Shown: positions 6,378 to 16,555 of the stretch, in pieces
How positions within the stretch are numbered: position 1 is the stretch's first letter
Layout of the letters: every line of letters starts with the position of its first letter
From: a virus
Taxonomy: Duplodnaviria > Caudoviricetes
DNA: 64,000 nucleotides
Virus record (IMG/VR): IMGVR_UViG_2706795949_000001
Coordinates: 1-64,000 of that record
Reading direction: 5' to 3' (one strand)
Notes under the pieces: model-generated
Told to the model about the DNA's origin: nothing
The model's database searches: none
Seen by the model: the letters and a program-made list of their open reading frames with translations, nothing else
Position numbers and translations under genes: made by a program

Positions 6378-7985
6378 ATGATTCAGTTTCCCGGCGAGAA
6401 GTACCGGTTCTATTACCGGCATGGCCCTATGTCGAAAAATATTCTCAGGGATTTGGGTATAACTCGGTTCTGGCTTTCCACAGAGTCCGACAATAGGTAC
6501 TGGAAAAGTCATACCCCAGATAACTGGGAAGAGCTTATTGACTGTCGCACCCTGCCGCCCAACACGAGTAATCCAAAGACGTGCCCCGACACGGTTTATG
6601 GCGTAAATCCGCGCGGACAGATTCTGACATATGGCGTATGGAGCATGACCAACCATACGGAAATGTCTCTGTACGAAAAGTGCGCGAAATATAAGCATGT
6701 GCTCATCAATTTTGACATGCACAACAAGACTTATGTCGCCAAATACTACAAATTCTACGCCGAGCGTATTCGCTGGATTCTCAACGCACGGGATAAATTC
6801 CCCGGCACGGTGATGATTCACTACGGAGCTCATATTTTCGACGCCGCCTACTGCCTCGGACTGGACGGGTCATTTTCCAAGCTAGTGGCACGGGCGCCTA
6901 TTCAGCGGGTGACCAGACCGGACGGCTCAACAATTGCGTTTGAGACCGCGCTGTCAAAAATGCCGAGCGCGCAGGAAATTCTGGGCGACTGGAAGTATCT
7001 TCTGGAAGATTATCCAACCAAGTCTCTGCCATTCTTTTATTTCAAGATGCAGATGATGATTCCGGAATTTCTTCAGGAATACTATGCTCGTGAAAATATG
7101 ATCCAAGGCTATGAAATAGTCGACTTTGACGAGCACGAGATTTTCTTCGGGTACATTTTCAAGAACTCCAGAATCACGCCCGACAAAGTCTGGGGTCCAG
7201 AAAAGCTCAAGTTTAACAAGCAGGGCTATTACCGTGGCCACGGGCCGCAAGCAAGCAAGCCCAAAGACATGCCGACCATTGTCAAGGGTGATCTCACCAA
7301 GAAATTCACGTGGAACGATGCAACGTTCTGCGATTCCTGTAGTCTTAATTATTGTTGCTTCCTGTACGAGAAGGGGGGTGCTTGTAAAGTGCCTGATTCT
7401 GATGGTGTTCGGTTTTCAAAGAAATTCTCCTCCGGCAACGCGCAAGATATCCTGGACGGCATGGGCATGTTGCTCGAAAAGCGGGCCATGCTGGTGCATA
7501 ACCGCATGAAAGACGCCGAAGACAGTGGCGAGCCTCTTGAAAAAGAGGACACCGCCGCCATGCGTGACCTGTTCAAGGATTCCGCGCAGCTCGCGAAGCT
7601 CCGCGACCCCAATTTGACGCGGCCACAGGTCGCCGTTCAGGTCAATCACAACCAGCACGGCGTGGCTCTGCCGCCGATGCCGGGCCAGGAGGCCATCTCT
7701 GCCGCGCAGCAGATTTCCGACCGGGAATATGCGTCGGCAATCAGGGAACTGGAGGCCCACGGTTTCCAGCGCGAAAAAATCACCCAGCAGATGATCGAAG
7801 AATTTATTCGCACCAAGGGTGAGGTGCTTAATTCACAGCCACAGCTCGGCATGGAAAACCCGTCTGTCTATACTGCCGACGACGTATATGAAGACGCCGA
7901 GCTGGTAGAAGACGACCCCGGAAAGCAGCCCCTCGTTGAGGACAGAATTACCGGAGCCGTCACAACAGTAGAGGAAATTTTCTAA
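6378..7985 (+). CDS. Pre-terminase protein (535 aa); C-terminal Cys cluster and helical region, possibly terminase small subunit function
   Basis: Immediately upstream of TerL; CDSCSLNYCC...C motif; acidic tail; function inferred from position only. Confidence 0.5.
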   Translation: MIQFPGEKYRFYYRHGPMSKNILRDLGITRFWLSTESDNRYWKSHTPDNWEELIDCRTLPPNTSNPKTCPDTVYGVNPRGQILTYGVWSMTNHTEMSLYEKCAKYKHVLINFDMHNKTYVAKYYKFYAERIRWILNARDKFPGTVMIHYGAHIFDAAYCLGLDGSFSKLVARAPIQRVTRPDGSTIAFETALSKMPSAQEILGDWKYLLEDYPTKSLPFFYFKMQMMIPEFLQEYYARENMIQGYEIVDFDEHEIFFGYIFKNSRITPDKVWGPEKLKFNKQGYYRGHGPQASKPKDMPTIVKGDLTKKFTWNDATFCDSCSLNYCCFLYEKGGACKVPDSDGVRFSKKFSSGNAQDILDGMGMLLEKRAMLVHNRMKDAEDSGEPLEKEDTAAMRDLFKDSAQLAKLRDPNLTRPQVAVQVNHNQHGVALPPMPGQEAISAAQQISDREYASAIRELEAHGFQREKITQQMIEEFIRTKGEVLNSQPQLGMENPSVYTADDVYEDAELVEDDPGKQPLVEDRITGAVTTVEEIF

Positions 7986-7987
7986 AT

Positions 7988-10030
7988 ATGACTTCCCCAC
8001 GTAGGCCGGGCAGCAATATTGGTCGGCCGAATAGCGGCAAGCGGGGTGCGCCACGTGCGCAGCATCCAACAGCACTACCCTCGAATAATAATCCAGGACT
8101 GACTAGCGCAGCAGCTAGAATTGAATGGATCAAGAATAATCCGGATTTCGACGAGAAGCCTGCAACCATGCATGAATTTCTCGGACCTAGATATCTGGAT
8201 ATTGACCCGACGCAGAATCCGTTTCTGGGTCCAAATATCGGCATTCGTGACGGCGTCAAAGAGGCACTGATTGAGATTTTCGGCGACAGTATTGACCCGA
8301 GAAGTATCTCGAAAATCAAGCGTGGCATGTTCACCGGCGGTATTGGCGTGGGTAAGTCGACCCTCGCCAGCATTGCGCTGACCTATATGGTGCATTGGGT
8401 TTCGTGTTTGCACGATCCACAGCGATATTTTGGCCTGCTGCCTGGCTCGCGTATTGCGTTTATGCTCATGTCTACCCGTGAATCTCAGGCGCGAGAAGTC
8501 CTATTCGGTGATATTAAGGCGCGCGTAGACACGTGCAAGTGGTTTCAGCAGAACGCTCCGTACGATCCGAAGCTAAAAAAGCAGCTGCATTTCCCCAAGG
8601 ACATTTGGATTCTGCCGGGAAACTCGGCTGAAACGACCTTCGAGGGTTATAACATCCTGTGCGGAATCATTGACGAGGGCGACTCGCACAAAGTCACCGA
8701 TGACAAGGATTACGCAGAAGACGGCTGGAACACCATTCATGGCCGTATTTCATCTAGGTTCACGGACCCCAAGACCAAGGATCACCGGGGTTTGCTGCTA
8801 GCCGTTGGCCAGATGAAAAAGGCCAACGGCTTTATGGCGAAGAAAAAGAAGCAGCTCCTGTCCGACGGAAAGCCAAATCAGCTTGTCGTCGAAATGGCTA
8901 TTTGGGATTCATTGGGCTGGAACAGGTTTCTCAAGGACGACGGAACTCGGGACAGCTTTTTCTTCGACAAGCTCCGGAAAAAGATTGCCAGTCCAGCACA
9001 GATTTTTGCTGGCGGTCAGAATATCCTCGAAATCCCAATGGCATATTATGCCGACTTTGATAACGACCCGATTCGTGCGCTCAAGGACCACGCTGGTATT
9101 CCCCCTGCCGTGGAAGACCCGTTTATTACGCTCGTAGACAGGATCGACGATGCTCAAGATAAATGGCAAGCTCGCTATAAGGATTTTTGGCCCTATGCCG
9201 TTAATTCTAGCTGCGTTATGCCTGAGTTTCATCCTGATTTCCGTGCTACCAATATTCTCAAGCGTGCCGTACACGTTGATATTGCTTACGCTCCTGGTGG
9301 TGACGCTCTTGGTATGGCAATGGGCCACATACCAGAGCTTGTGGAAATTGACGGAGAACTCAAGCCCGTTATCGTTTTCGACTTCCTGCTCCGAATCAAG
9401 CCATCTGGCGGTGATGCGTTGGAATTGGCGACGTTCCGCAAAATCCTGTACCACTTGCGCGATGAACTCAAGTTCAAAATCTCGGTAGTCACGTTCGACG
9501 GATTTCAGAGTCAGGATTCGATTCAGATTCTGCGTAAGAAGCATTTCAACGTGGGCGAAGTCTCGGTGGACCGCAATAAAGCGCCCTACGAGGAATTGCG
9601 CGAGGCTATTTACGAGCGCAGAATTGAATTCCCGAAGTACATGACATATTTAAATCGGGCCGACAGCGACAAGGTCAATATTTCCAGGATAGAACTGTCC
9701 GAGCTGCAAGATACCGGCAAGAAAATTGACCACCCGGAAAAGGGCAGCAAAGACCTTGCTGACGCAATGGCCGGTGTCGTGTACGACCTTATGAGCAATA
9801 TCAGCTTCCGTCGTGGGTCGTCGAAGCCGCAAAAGGCACGCGCCGACCAGGCGGAGGACGAGGCAGAATTCAATATCAAGGATTACGGTGAGTCAATTCC
9901 AATCGACCAGCTCGACGGGCTGGTCGACGCCAAGACGGCTGGGTCGGCATATCCCCGTGCGGAGCGAGCAGGATATGGCCTGCCGGAACTGGAAGCCGAC
10001 CCGTTTGGATTGGGCAAGCTCAGAACCTAG
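7988..10030 (+). CDS. terL: Terminase large subunit
   Basis: Walker A GGIGVGKST, Walker B GIIDEG, nuclease motifs VHVD, FDGFQS, KDLADA. Confidence 0.95.
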   Translation: MTSPRRPGSNIGRPNSGKRGAPRAQHPTALPSNNNPGLTSAAARIEWIKNNPDFDEKPATMHEFLGPRYLDIDPTQNPFLGPNIGIRDGVKEALIEIFGDSIDPRSISKIKRGMFTGGIGVGKSTLASIALTYMVHWVSCLHDPQRYFGLLPGSRIAFMLMSTRESQAREVLFGDIKARVDTCKWFQQNAPYDPKLKKQLHFPKDIWILPGNSAETTFEGYNILCGIIDEGDSHKVTDDKDYAEDGWNTIHGRISSRFTDPKTKDHRGLLLAVGQMKKANGFMAKKKKQLLSDGKPNQLVVEMAIWDSLGWNRFLKDDGTRDSFFFDKLRKKIASPAQIFAGGQNILEIPMAYYADFDNDPIRALKDHAGIPPAVEDPFITLVDRIDDAQDKWQARYKDFWPYAVNSSCVMPEFHPDFRATNILKRAVHVDIAYAPGGDALGMAMGHIPELVEIDGELKPVIVFDFLLRIKPSGGDALELATFRKILYHLRDELKFKISVVTFDGFQSQDSIQILRKKHFNVGEVSVDRNKAPYEELREAIYERRIEFPKYMTYLNRADSDKVNISRIELSELQDTGKKIDHPEKGSKDLADAMAGVVYDLMSNISFRRGSSKPQKARADQAEDEAEFNIKDYGESIPIDQLDGLVDAKTAGSAYPRAERAGYGLPELEADPFGLGKLRT

Positions 10031-10046
10031 AAGTGCATAACCGATG

Positions 10047-10090
10047 CTGTCCTGTGTAGTGTTTTCACTGCACAGGACAGTTTCGCGTTT
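10047..10090 (+). terminator. Hairpin/terminator between terL and portal
   Basis: CTGTCCTGTGTAGTG-TTTT-CACTGCACAGGACAG followed by TTTCGCGTTT. Confidence 0.6.
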
Positions 10091-10157
10091 GCCTCTCTCT
10101 GGTTCAGAGTTTCGCAATTACATGGCGATCCTGTTTTTCTGAAATAGGAGATTATCT

Positions 10158-12023
10158 ATGACCGGGCTTGTTGATAGGTACGGAAATCCACTGAGTTCTG
10201 CGAATTTCGCGCGTCCTAAAAAGGACACCAGTGCTGATCCGATTATTTCCAGCGGAGAAATTGCTCCCGGCTGGAACGTTGAGCGTAAGCGCTACGGTTA
10301 CACAATTCCGTTTGGCGGAACTCTCGCTTTCGATACCAGCAAGTTGACACTTAGTGATTACCGCGCGATGCGCGACCACTACCAGGTCAATTCCAGTTTC
10401 GGAATCCTAAGTTTCATGATCCACCAAATGGATTGGCGCGTGGCTGGTGACCGCAAGGATATTGCCACCCGCGTAGAGGATAATCTCCGGGATATTTGGC
10501 CTTCGCTCGTGCGGTCCATGTCTCAGGCTTTTTGGGCAGGATTCGCGCCGAATGCTACTCAGTGGGAAAACGACGGAGCCAACGGCAAGGTCACGCTCAC
10601 CAAGATTAAAGACCTCCCGCCGGAGGAGTGCGAAGTTAAATGGAAGCAGGTGCCCGCGGCGGGGGATACCGGCAATGGCGGCGTCTCTAATCGCACGCCA
10701 ATTGACCAGCCGCAAGAGGGTACGCTGATTCAGATTCGGGAAAAGCTCGGCGGAAATCACAAGGGGACCGCCAAGATTTTCGACGGAATCATTCAGCACG
10801 GCTACCCGAATATCCCGGTGGGCAACTCGTTCTGGTACCCCATGCAAATGGAGTACGGCAACTACTACGGCAAAAAGCTGCTGAATACTGCCTACCAGAG
10901 CTGGTTTTTCTCGCTGCTGATTCATATGTACTCGAATCGGTATTTCGAGCGATTTGGTGAGCCGACACCGATTGCTCGCGCGCCATACGACGAGGAAATT
11001 GACGTCAACGGCCAGTCGGTCAAGGGCCACAAACTGATGCAGACTTTGGCGCGTCAGTTTAGAAGCGGTGCCGCTGTCGTTCTGCCTAATAACCGGGTAA
11101 TGAACGGCACCGAGGATACCAACATGTTCGAGTACGACATGGAATTCCTCGAATCGCAAATGCGCGGTGCGGATTTCGATCGGTACTTGCAGCGCCTTGA
11201 CGAGGAAATTGCGCTGAGCCTGTTCACGCCTATTTTGCTGAACCGCACCGGTTCGGGCGGCTCATTTAACCTGGGCGTGACGCACATGCAGCTTTTCCAG
11301 TGGCAGGTCAATGCCATCGTGAGCGATATGGTGCAGTACATCAACAAGTACATTATTTCGCCGATGGTTCGACTGAATTTCCCCGGATACAAGGGGCCGC
11401 TTCCTCGTATGGTTTTCCGGTCTCAGGGTCGCACCGATCCGGAAACGTTGCGTGCGGTGGTCCTGGAGGTCGTTCGCGCGGGTGCAGCGAAGCCGGACCT
11501 GGTGGAATTGGGCGACGCTCTCGGTTTGAAGCTCGAAGAAATTGAGCAGATTATCGAGCCTCCGCAGGAGCCTGGAAATGACCCCAACAATCCACAGCCT
11601 GAGGATAAGCCTGTGGATGACAAGCCGGGTGGTCCGCGCAACGGAAATACCAAGACGCCGGATGAGCGCTCGGGTAGACCGGAACGGTCTCGTGCCCCGA
11701 AGGGGAGTGAAAAGCGCGGCAAGCTGGCGGCGGGAATGGCCGACCGGGTGCGGCAGCAGTTCATGGCTGGAAATGCAGAGCCAGACGTTGGCTATTGGAG
11801 TCAGTGGCGCAACTTGCTGCTTGATAATTTCGGTGTCGAAGACGCCGGCATTATTGAAAGCGCATACGACCGGACGGTACGAAATATTGATCGGGCATAT
11901 TCCAGTCTGCGAGGGGCTGGAATTGCTGATCCAGAAATTGTGATGGGTGTTATTAAAGACACTGTAGAAGAAAACCTGCAAGGGGTAATCAGCAATGACA
12001 GCTACGTTGAATCGAAAGCCTAA
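10158..12023 (+). CDS. Portal protein (DUF935/Mu gp29-like)
   Basis: Position after TerL; YFERFGEP and SLFTPILL...GSFNLGVTH motifs. Confidence 0.9.
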   Translation: MTGLVDRYGNPLSSANFARPKKDTSADPIISSGEIAPGWNVERKRYGYTIPFGGTLAFDTSKLTLSDYRAMRDHYQVNSSFGILSFMIHQMDWRVAGDRKDIATRVEDNLRDIWPSLVRSMSQAFWAGFAPNATQWENDGANGKVTLTKIKDLPPEECEVKWKQVPAAGDTGNGGVSNRTPIDQPQEGTLIQIREKLGGNHKGTAKIFDGIIQHGYPNIPVGNSFWYPMQMEYGNYYGKKLLNTAYQSWFFSLLIHMYSNRYFERFGEPTPIARAPYDEEIDVNGQSVKGHKLMQTLARQFRSGAAVVLPNNRVMNGTEDTNMFEYDMEFLESQMRGADFDRYLQRLDEEIALSLFTPILLNRTGSGGSFNLGVTHMQLFQWQVNAIVSDMVQYINKYIISPMVRLNFPGYKGPLPRMVFRSQGRTDPETLRAVVLEVVRAGAAKPDLVELGDALGLKLEEIEQIIEPPQEPGNDPNNPQPEDKPVDDKPGGPRNGNTKTPDERSGRPERSRAPKGSEKRGKLAAGMADRVRQQFMAGNAEPDVGYWSQWRNLLLDNFGVEDAGIIESAYDRTVRNIDRAYSSLRGAGIADPEIVMGVIKDTVEENLQGVISNDSYVESKA

Positions 12024-12285
12024 GACTCGCAATGAACTTCGGTGCAAATGTCGATTTAGGCCGCTTCTTGGAATTTTCGGTCTCGATCACGCGGGACGCG
12101 GATATATCCATATTCTGGTCTATAAGCGCGGTCGGCTATACGGCGAGGTCGTCTGTAAGGATGGCACTGCTGAAATACGATGCCGAGATTGCTACCGATG
12201 GACTCGTATTATCCTGCGCTCGCAGCGAGCAGTTCCCGACGTACCGGAACCCGCCGAGGCAGCCGGATCGGGAAAGAGAGATTGA
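11995..12285 (+). CDS. Small zinc-ribbon protein (Com-like)
   Basis: ELRCKC...EIRCRDC pattern resembling Mu Com-type ribbons. Confidence 0.55.
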   Translation: MTATLNRKPKTRNELRCKCRFRPLLGIFGLDHAGRGYIHILVYKRGRLYGEVVCKDGTAEIRCRDCYRWTRIILRSQRAVPDVPEPAEAAGSGKRD

Positions 12286-12340
12286 CGCGCCGATTCTAAG
12301 CTGGCAGAGCGACGAACATATTCAGTAAGGTGGTGACATT

Positions 12341-13486
12341 ATGAGCCAGACCAAGACAAAGCCGGATCATCTGGTTGTTTTTGCCGGAAACGGCATTAAC
12401 GCTGGCGCAAGTCCGAGCAAAAGACTCTTCGAGCGCGACGGCCAGAAAATCCTGGAAGTAAAGAACGTTCCTGTTTTTCGTTCTGGCACCTTCCGCGACA
12501 GCATGGGATTCCAGCACGAATTCGATGGTTTCGCTATGGAGTCGATGGTCAGAAATTACGACCATCTCAAGGCTCAGGGGATTTTCTCGGACGTTCCGGT
12601 TCGGAATGGTCACCCCAGTCCGTTCACGTCACGAATGCAGGAATTGATCGGCTACGTGACGTCGATGCGGACAGAGGATAGGACCGCACCTCACGATGGT
12701 GCGGAATACACGTACTTGATCGCTGATTTTGAAATCATCGACGAGGACGCTCAGAAAAATATTAACTCCGGTCTCTGGCGAAACCGTTCGTCCGAGATTG
12801 GCACGTACGTCGACAATCGAGAGAATCAGTACGGACCTGCTTTCCTCGGCGTGGCTTACGTAGACATTCCAGCCGTCGAGGGGTTAAATGGCTTCTCGAA
12901 AGCAGGAAATACCGATGAAGCAGTCAGTTTCGTAATGGAGGACGCAATGACCGGAGTCCAGACTCCCCCCGCGCCGGGCGCAACGCCGTTTAGCTTTAGT
13001 CTGGGCGGCCAGACCGGAATTACCGACCCCAAGGTTGTTCAGGATTACATCTCCAGCCTGGAGTCCGAGAAGGCTGATTTCCAGACTCAGCTCAGCACGG
13101 TTACCGGCGAGCGGGATAAGCTGGCGGAATTCAAGCAGTCGATCATTGACGCGGATCGCGTGGCATTTGTCACCGGTCTGGTCGACGGAAACCAGGTTCT
13201 CGCGAGCCAGAAGGATTCCCTGACGACTCTTGCCAAGGGTCTTTCGGATGAGCAGTTTGAAATCTGGAAGAGCTCTTTTGCCGCTGTCGAGTCGAAGGAA
13301 ATTTTCGGCAATCACGGCGGACAGACCTCGAAAAAGCCCGAGTCGGGGGTTTCTCCCGAGGACGCGGATTTCGAGGAAGATAAGAAGATGGTGAAGATTC
13401 TGGCTGGTCGCCTGCCTCACGAGCGTCTTATCGAGACCGACCCGTACAAGTCGGTTATTGCACGTGACCCGAGCTTCAAGGTCTAA
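12341..13486 (+). CDS. Capsid maturation protease/scaffold
   Basis: Position before decoration and capsid genes; H and S motifs (NGHP, RSSEI, GVAYVDIPAV); coiled-coil C-terminal scaffold. Confidence 0.8.
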   Translation: MSQTKTKPDHLVVFAGNGINAGASPSKRLFERDGQKILEVKNVPVFRSGTFRDSMGFQHEFDGFAMESMVRNYDHLKAQGIFSDVPVRNGHPSPFTSRMQELIGYVTSMRTEDRTAPHDGAEYTYLIADFEIIDEDAQKNINSGLWRNRSSEIGTYVDNRENQYGPAFLGVAYVDIPAVEGLNGFSKAGNTDEAVSFVMEDAMTGVQTPPAPGATPFSFSLGGQTGITDPKVVQDYISSLESEKADFQTQLSTVTGERDKLAEFKQSIIDADRVAFVTGLVDGNQVLASQKDSLTTLAKGLSDEQFEIWKSSFAAVESKEIFGNHGGQTSKKPESGVSPEDADFEEDKKMVKILAGRLPHERLIETDPYKSVIARDPSFKV

Positions 13487-13501
13487 GGGAGAATTAAAAA
13501 A

Positions 13502-13969
13502 ATGCCGCACTTTGATAAGCCTGCAATGGGCGTTTCTTCGCCGGTTGGCCGTAAGCAGTACCTGCGGTCCAGTCGGGGAATTAAGTACGAGTCCTACACC
13601 GCTGCTGCCGGTGCATTTACTGCCGAGGACTACATCAACGGAAATGGCGAAACCGAGAAGATCAAGGTTTTGCAGTCCGGTGAGGTGATCGCAAAGATTA
13701 CTTCGGGTCCGAATGCCGGAAAGTACGGCCCCGCTCAGCTCGGTGCCACTGACGGTCGCGCGGACGCCGCGAATTTCGTGGGACTTTCGGAGTCCTACAT
13801 TCCGTGGCAGCTCAATGAGCGCGACGTGGATATCTCGGTCGTTTACGAGGCCACCGCCGTTCAGGCGTGGTGTACAATTCGCGACGCCACTGGTGCGCGA
13901 ATTCCGCTGACCGACACTGTGGCCGATGGTCTGCGAGGCAAAAAGGGCCTCCAGATCACCTTTAAGTAA
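13502..13969 (+). CDS. Capsid decoration protein
   Basis: 155 aa between protease and MCP; SGEVIAKIT.G...GKYGP motif. Confidence 0.7.
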   Translation: MPHFDKPAMGVSSPVGRKQYLRSSRGIKYESYTAAAGAFTAEDYINGNGETEKIKVLQSGEVIAKITSGPNAGKYGPAQLGATDGRADAANFVGLSESYIPWQLNERDVDISVVYEATAVQAWCTIRDATGARIPLTDTVADGLRGKKGLQITFK

Positions 13970-13986
13970 TAAGGAGCCTTTGAAAA

Positions 13987-15156
13987 ATGGCAACAACTGT
14001 TATGGATATGGCTCCTGGCTTTGCTGGGGATTTTGCCTCTAGCGCGGTGCCGCTCAAGGAGCTTATGTCTCGTCGCGTCCATCTGGGCGTTATTCGCGAG
14101 CTGACTCCGCCTGAAAAGCATATCGGTCTCAACTTCATTCCTTTTATGGACGTGGAGGCCGACGACGTGATCCTGGATTACCTGCGTGGTACCGGGTCCG
14201 GTCTGGCTCCCGCCGTTTCGCCGGACGCTGAGGCTGAGCTTTTCCAGCACAGCGATGACGTGACCGGCCAGGTTAAGGCCAGCGTCATCGACTGGCGGCT
14301 GAAGAGTCGGTATTCCACCACCGACATTCACCAGTATTGGGAAGCAAAGCAGGTGATGGAGGACGCGGTTCGTAATGGCTCGACCATTCCGACCACGACC
14401 CTCGGCTCGCTTATTGCGAAGATTGACGCCAAGGTTGGCCGCGATACCGTCGCGCGCAAGACCGCGCTCGATAATCGCATCGAGTGGCTCATCATGACCG
14501 GCCTTTTCAAGGCGCGCATCCAGTACGACGACGGAAAGATGAGCTTCAACGTTCCGTTCGGTCGCCCCAGCGGCCAGCACGAAATCACTAAGGATTACTC
14601 GGGCGACAGCCACGATCCGATTAACGACATTATCGACCAGAAGCAGAGCGCTTTTGATACGCATGGTGTCGACCTCAAGACCATTGTTTGTTCGAGCAAG
14701 TTCGCCAATTCGTTTTTCAAGACGAATAAGTTCCTGCCTCGAACCGGTTTTGCACCGGGTTCCGGTGTCGACCCGAAGTATGTTCTTGAGGGCTGGGGTC
14801 CGCGTGGCGCAATTGAGCTTGTCAAGCGGGAGGCAGAAGTTGATCTTGTTATCAACGACAATGTTTTCCGCCAGCGCAATCCGCTGACCGGCGCAATTCA
14901 GAACGTGCGCTACAACGCGGTCGACGAGGTTCTTTTCCTTCCGGACATGGACCAGCTCGCGGATTACGACGACACGGAACTCGGCTTCGGCAAGATTCTC
15001 ACGTCGCCCCATCCGATGAATAACTTCCAGCCCGGCTGGTACGGCTGGGAGACCGAAACCACGGACCCGTGGGAGCGGTACGTCGGCACCGGAATTAAGG
15101 CGTTCCCGGTGCTGCCGCACATGGAATTGACCTACACCTGGAAGGTCGCACTGTAA
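13987..15156 (+). CDS. Major capsid protein (lambda gpE-like family)
   Basis: 389 aa, position, EWLIMTGL and GIKAFPVL motifs. Confidence 0.9.
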   Translation: MATTVMDMAPGFAGDFASSAVPLKELMSRRVHLGVIRELTPPEKHIGLNFIPFMDVEADDVILDYLRGTGSGLAPAVSPDAEAELFQHSDDVTGQVKASVIDWRLKSRYSTTDIHQYWEAKQVMEDAVRNGSTIPTTTLGSLIAKIDAKVGRDTVARKTALDNRIEWLIMTGLFKARIQYDDGKMSFNVPFGRPSGQHEITKDYSGDSHDPINDIIDQKQSAFDTHGVDLKTIVCSSKFANSFFKTNKFLPRTGFAPGSGVDPKYVLEGWGPRGAIELVKREAEVDLVINDNVFRQRNPLTGAIQNVRYNAVDEVLFLPDMDQLADYDDTELGFGKILTSPHPMNNFQPGWYGWETETTDPWERYVGTGIKAFPVLPHMELTYTWKVAL

Positions 15157-15485
15157 TGGCAGAACGCAAGGCCGACGGCTCGGTTACCAAGCCGTCCGGT
15201 GTCGTGGTGCCGGGTGGGGGAGTCACCCCCGCCCGCGCACCCGGTAGCAATAAGCCGACCGAGGTTGCGCGCACGTCGCCGCTAAAGGTCGGGCCGTCCG
15301 AAAGCCTGGTCGGGGACGCTATTTCCCCTGAGGCCGCATACAACAACAATGGTTTTATCGGCGTCGATCCGATTTACCAGAATGCGGCCAACCCGGCTGA
15401 CTACCCGAAGGATTACACTCCGCCGCCTCCCGAGGAGGAAGGGGAGCCGGAGCCTGATCCGGAGACTCCCCCGGAGACCCCGTAA
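15156..15485 (+). CDS. Hypothetical Pro/Glu-rich head-associated protein
   Basis: Coupled to the MCP stop (TAATG). Confidence 0.7.
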   Translation: MAERKADGSVTKPSGVVVPGGGVTPARAPGSNKPTEVARTSPLKVGPSESLVGDAISPEAAYNNNGFIGVDPIYQNAANPADYPKDYTPPPPEEEGEPEPDPETPPETP

Positions 15486-15532
15486 TAAGAAAAGAAATTC
15501 GGGCACTGCATTATTGATTAAGGGGAAGTGCG

Positions 15533-16051
15533 TTGACTGCTCCATCGCCACCACGGAAATACTGCGAAGCCGACGACCTCATGCTGGGTCAGCTTTCGTC
15601 GGACATTCCGCGTTGGGTCGGTTCTAATTACGACAAGCATATTGAGCTTGGCGCAGAAGAAATCGACATGATGGTGGGGCGCGTTTACGCACTTCCCCTT
15701 AATCTTGTGCCCGGTTCGGCAGAGCAGCTTTTGATGAAAAAGCTGAACCGATTCATCACCACTGGCAGAATTCTTATGGCTGCCAGCTCGGCGCAGGAAA
15801 CCGGAAATGTCCATCGCTACGCACAGTATTTGCTCGCGCAGGCTAATGCCGCGCTCGATGCAATTGTGAAGGGCGAGCTGGTACTTAATGGTCAGACCCC
15901 CGCAGCTGGAACCATTCAAGACTTTGATTCCGGTCCGTCGATTTTTCTTTCGGACCAAGATAGTTTTATTCGTAAATTTTACGGGCACGGGGAAGCGGAA
16001 TTTACTATTCCGCCATCCATGACTGCATTACCGGAACCGGGGGCTAATTAA
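15533..16051 (+). CDS. Head-to-tail adaptor
   Basis: Position; YC..DDL start and helical pattern like Mu gp36-type adaptors. Confidence 0.65.
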   Translation: MTAPSPPRKYCEADDLMLGQLSSDIPRWVGSNYDKHIELGAEEIDMMVGRVYALPLNLVPGSAEQLLMKKLNRFITTGRILMAASSAQETGNVHRYAQYLLAQANAALDAIVKGELVLNGQTPAAGTIQDFDSGPSIFLSDQDSFIRKFYGHGEAEFTIPPSMTALPEPGAN

Positions 16052-16555
16052 ATGGCACTCGCTGCTGGTATCGAATTCCGCAGTCAGCCCGTCGATCGCG
16101 TTATAAGCGAGTTGTCGACCCGGCTTTCCACGCCAATGTTGACAACCTACTTGGGCACTGTTCACGGATATTTTCTCAACAAGTCCGTGAAAATGTTCCA
16201 GGATGAAAAAGATCCTTATGGTAACCGGTGGGCACCGTTGGCCGACTCCACCGTTGCCATGAGGATTTACTTTGGCTACGGTGGCGCGCATCCGATTAAT
16301 GAGCGCACAGGCGGGCTCCGAGAATCTATCACGGGCGCGCCACCGGATATTATTGGTCACTCCGACGGCGTCATCAGCATGGCTTTTCCGCGCCGAGCGA
16401 CGCCGTCAAGCGACCTAATGAAGAAATACGCGCAAGCGTCCGGCCTGGGTAAGGGTCCGGCCAGACGGGTCATCGGCATGAACGAGAAAGACGTGGCGTG
16501 GATTTTGTCCACACTGAATATGTCTCTGTTTATGGGATTGGGTAAGGGCACATGA
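16052..16555 (+). CDS. Virion morphogenesis/tail completion protein (Mu gpG-like)
   Basis: FQDEKDPYGNRWAPLADST...TGGLRESI motif. Confidence 0.75.
   Translation: MALAAGIEFRSQPVDRVISELSTRLSTPMLTTYLGTVHGYFLNKSVKMFQDEKDPYGNRWAPLADSTVAMRIYFGYGGAHPINERTGGLRESITGAPPDIIGHSDGVISMAFPRRATPSSDLMKKYAQASGLGKGPARRVIGMNEKDVAWILSTLNMSLFMGLGKGT

Noticed and set aside
6378-7985. Firm call of a 7-deazaguanine DNA modification system
   Set aside because: No queC/D/E or folE in the window and canonical DpdA motifs are not clearly present; left as weak inference
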